Shown here: positions 62,012 to 64,000 of the stretch, piece after piece
Layout: each line of letters starts with the position of its first letter
How positions within the stretch are numbered: the stretch's first letter is position 1
DNA from: Heptranchias perlo
Taxonomy: Eukaryota
NCBI RefSeq assembly: GCF_035084215.1
Contig: NC_090363.1
Location: 5,146,001-5,210,000, forward strand
Direction: 5' to 3'
DNA length: 64,000 nt
Translations under genes and position numbers: made by a program
The notes under the pieces: model-generated
The model's input: the letters and a program-made list of their open reading frames with translations, nothing else
Databases searched by the model: none
What the model was told of the DNA's origin: nothing

Positions 62012-62112
62012 GGCGCCGCCGCCGCCGCCCCCTTCGGAGAATCGGTCACCGCGGCGTGGAGCGCGGACGAGCCGGAGGGAAAAGGTGCTGAACGTCGCGC
62101 CGTCACAACCAA

Positions 62113-62802
62113 ATGGGCTGGGGCGATCCGGCCGGAGACCCCTCCCGAGGCAAGAAGGCGAGGAAGAGGAGGAGCCCGCCCCGGGCGCGGCAGGCGGGCG
62201 GGCGCGCCTCCGCCACCCTGGCCGGTCAGATCATGGAGGCGGTGGCGTCTTCCAAGGAGCGCCGCGGCCTGTCGCTGGTCGCCGTCAAGAAGGTGCTGTC
62301 GGCCGCCGGCTTCGACGTGTCCAAGAACAACTCGCGGGTGAACCAGACGGTGAGGAGCCTGGTGACCAGCGGCTCGCTGCTGCAAACGGCGGGCACCGGG
62401 GCCAACGGCTCCTTCAAAGTCAACCGGCGGCGGTACGTGAAGACCAAGAGCCGCCTGGCGGCCGGCAGGAGACGGGCCGCCTCCCGGGGCCGCTACCAGA
62501 GGAAGGCGGCGGCCGCCAAGAGGAGCAGGAGGAAAAGGAGTCCCGCCAGGAAGAGCAAGCCGAGGATTCAGAGGAAGAACGGGAGAGCCGGCGGCGGTCC
62601 TGGCCAGAGAAGGGTCAGGATCAAGGGTGGCGGTGGTGTCCGGAAGGCGGTGAGGAGGGGAGTCGGGCGGCCCAGGAGAGCGGCCAAGGAGCTGCCGCCA
62701 GCGGACGGTCAACTCCGCAAGCAAGAAGCCCAGCAATACCCAAGTGATGAAACGGCCAAGGCGGATAACCGCGAGGGCGGAATCCGAGCGGAAACAATCT
62801 GA
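62113..62802 (+). CDS. H1: Linker histone H1 variant with an arginine-rich (protamine-like) tail, 229 aa
   Basis: Winged-helix domain (IMEAVASSKERRGLSLVAVKKVL...FDVSKNNSRV...LLQTAGTGANGSFKVN); in-frame stop upstream at 62089; intronless; stem-loop 28 nt after the stop. Confidence 0.93.
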   Translation: MGWGDPAGDPSRGKKARKRRSPPRARQAGGRASATLAGQIMEAVASSKERRGLSLVAVKKVLSAAGFDVSKNNSRVNQTVRSLVTSGSLLQTAGTGANGSFKVNRRRYVKTKSRLAAGRRRAASRGRYQRKAAAAKRSRRKRSPARKSKPRIQRKNGRAGGGPGQRRVRIKGGGGVRKAVRRGVGRPRRAAKELPPADGQLRKQEAQQYPSDETAKADNREGGIRAETI

Positions 62803-62830
62803 GCAAAAATATTGTGGGAACAAAAAAAAA

Positions 62831-62846
62831 GGCTCTTTTCAGAGCC
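62831..62846 (+). terminator. Histone 3' stem-loop of H1 (GGCTCTTTTCAGAGCC)
   Basis: Canonical 16-mer, ACCA flank, and purine-rich AGAAAAAGA downstream. Confidence 0.95.
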
Positions 62847-63777
62847 ACCAAAGTCCTTCAGAAAAAGATTGTTCCAAAAAGATACAATAGATATCCATTT
62901 TAAAATAAAGCTGCGGACGTGGTTTCTATTCAACGTTCTCGACGTTTTGAAGAAAAACCTGAGAATCTTGACTTGTCCTCCAGCAACTTACGAACACAAA
63001 ACACTCGAGAGCCTTTCGAACAGAAGTGGCTGCGGTCATCGTGAAACATCTTACAGACTGAAATGAGTTAGGCAAAAATATTATCAATAGAAATTATTAG
63101 TGAATAATGAAACGGTTAAGAGTTGGAATTTTGCTCCCACCTCAGATACATTGCAATGAGAAGTCACTAATCTTCCAGCACAGGAGGAGGCCATTCGGCC
63201 CATCGTGCTTGTGCCGGCTCTTTGAAAGAGCTATCCAATTAGTCCCACTCCCCCTGCTCTTTCCCCCATAGCCCTGCAAATTTGTCCTTTTCAGGTATAT
63301 ATCCAATTCCCCTTTTGAAAGTTATTATTGAATCTGCTTCCACCACCCTCAGGGAGTGCAGTATGTTTAAGGAAAGCAAGAAGTTCTGAGAACAAATTCA
63401 GCGCCCGTAGGATGGGGAGTCACGCGGTCCTCACCATTTTTCAGCATCACTCGTTAAGTCAAGTATTGTAAGCTAATCTTTTTTGGCCATCCTGTTATCA
63501 CTTCCCTTTGATCTCATTTCATAAGGCGATTTAGTTGCAATTTTATTCATTGTTTTTTTCTCCCTCAAAATTTGAATAACGCTGGAATTAACGCAACTGT
63601 TTGAAGTCTGGCAGCTTGTTTCCTTCTCTCTCTGGCGCGTCCCCTCTAAGCTCACCTCAGCTAGGTCTGCACAAAATGTATAACAACAAGATGTGAAAAT
63701 TAGCATTTTTCATTGACTGAGGTTTGATTTTGGGTGCTGATAATGAGTGGTAGAGGGAAAGGTGGTAAGGGACTGGG

Positions 63778-64000
63778 AAAAAAGCAGGACAAATCCAATC
63801 CGGCCAATTACCGCCCCATCAATCCACTCTCAATCATCAGCAAAGTGATGGAAGGTGTCGTCGACAGTGCTATCAAGCGGCACTTACTCACCAATAACCT
63901 GCTCACCGATGCTCAGTTTAGGTTCTGCCAGAACCACTCAGCTCCAGACCTCATTACAGCCTTGGTCCAAACATGGACAAAAGAGATGAATTCCAGAGGT
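63778..64000 (+). mobile_element. RT fragment of the same LINE family as 31980-34565
   Basis: Reverse complement of ~33165-33385; runs off the right edge. Confidence 0.9.

Noticed and set aside
61834-62823. 329-aa antisense ORF over H1 (also antisense ORFs over H2B and H4)
   Set aside because: Shadow frames of GC3-rich coding sequence with no recognisable domain.

Overview
Eukaryotic, repeat-dense vertebrate DNA. The repeat complement (Deu-domain SacSINE1-like SINEs, CR1 and L2 3' ends, Penelope-like fragments, Harbinger elements) points to a cartilaginous fish, probably a shark; this is an inference. The left 38 kb holds four coding exons of a minus-strand SAPCD-family (suppressor APC domain) gene with a ~30 kb first intron; its last exons lie outside the window. 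The right 13 kb holds three intronless histone genes, each with a 3' stem-loop and each divergent from the canonical protein: an H2B variant, an H4 with five substitutions, and an Arg-rich, protamine-like H1 with an H4-box/TTTAAAT promoter. H2A is absent from its usual position, where a Tx1-like fragment lies, and an orphan histone stem-loop relic faces H2B. Other notable structures are Penelope-type inserts with minimal hammerhead-ribozyme cores and clear target-site duplications, a 2-kb internally deleted Harbinger element, nested MITEs, three arrays of one 45-bp tRNA/SINE-head-derived unit, and an ~80-bp repeat built from the SAPCD exon 1 splice junction. Most long ORFs in the track are tandem-repeat or antisense artefacts. 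Interspersed-repeat boundaries are approximate and family names come from recognition, not database searches.
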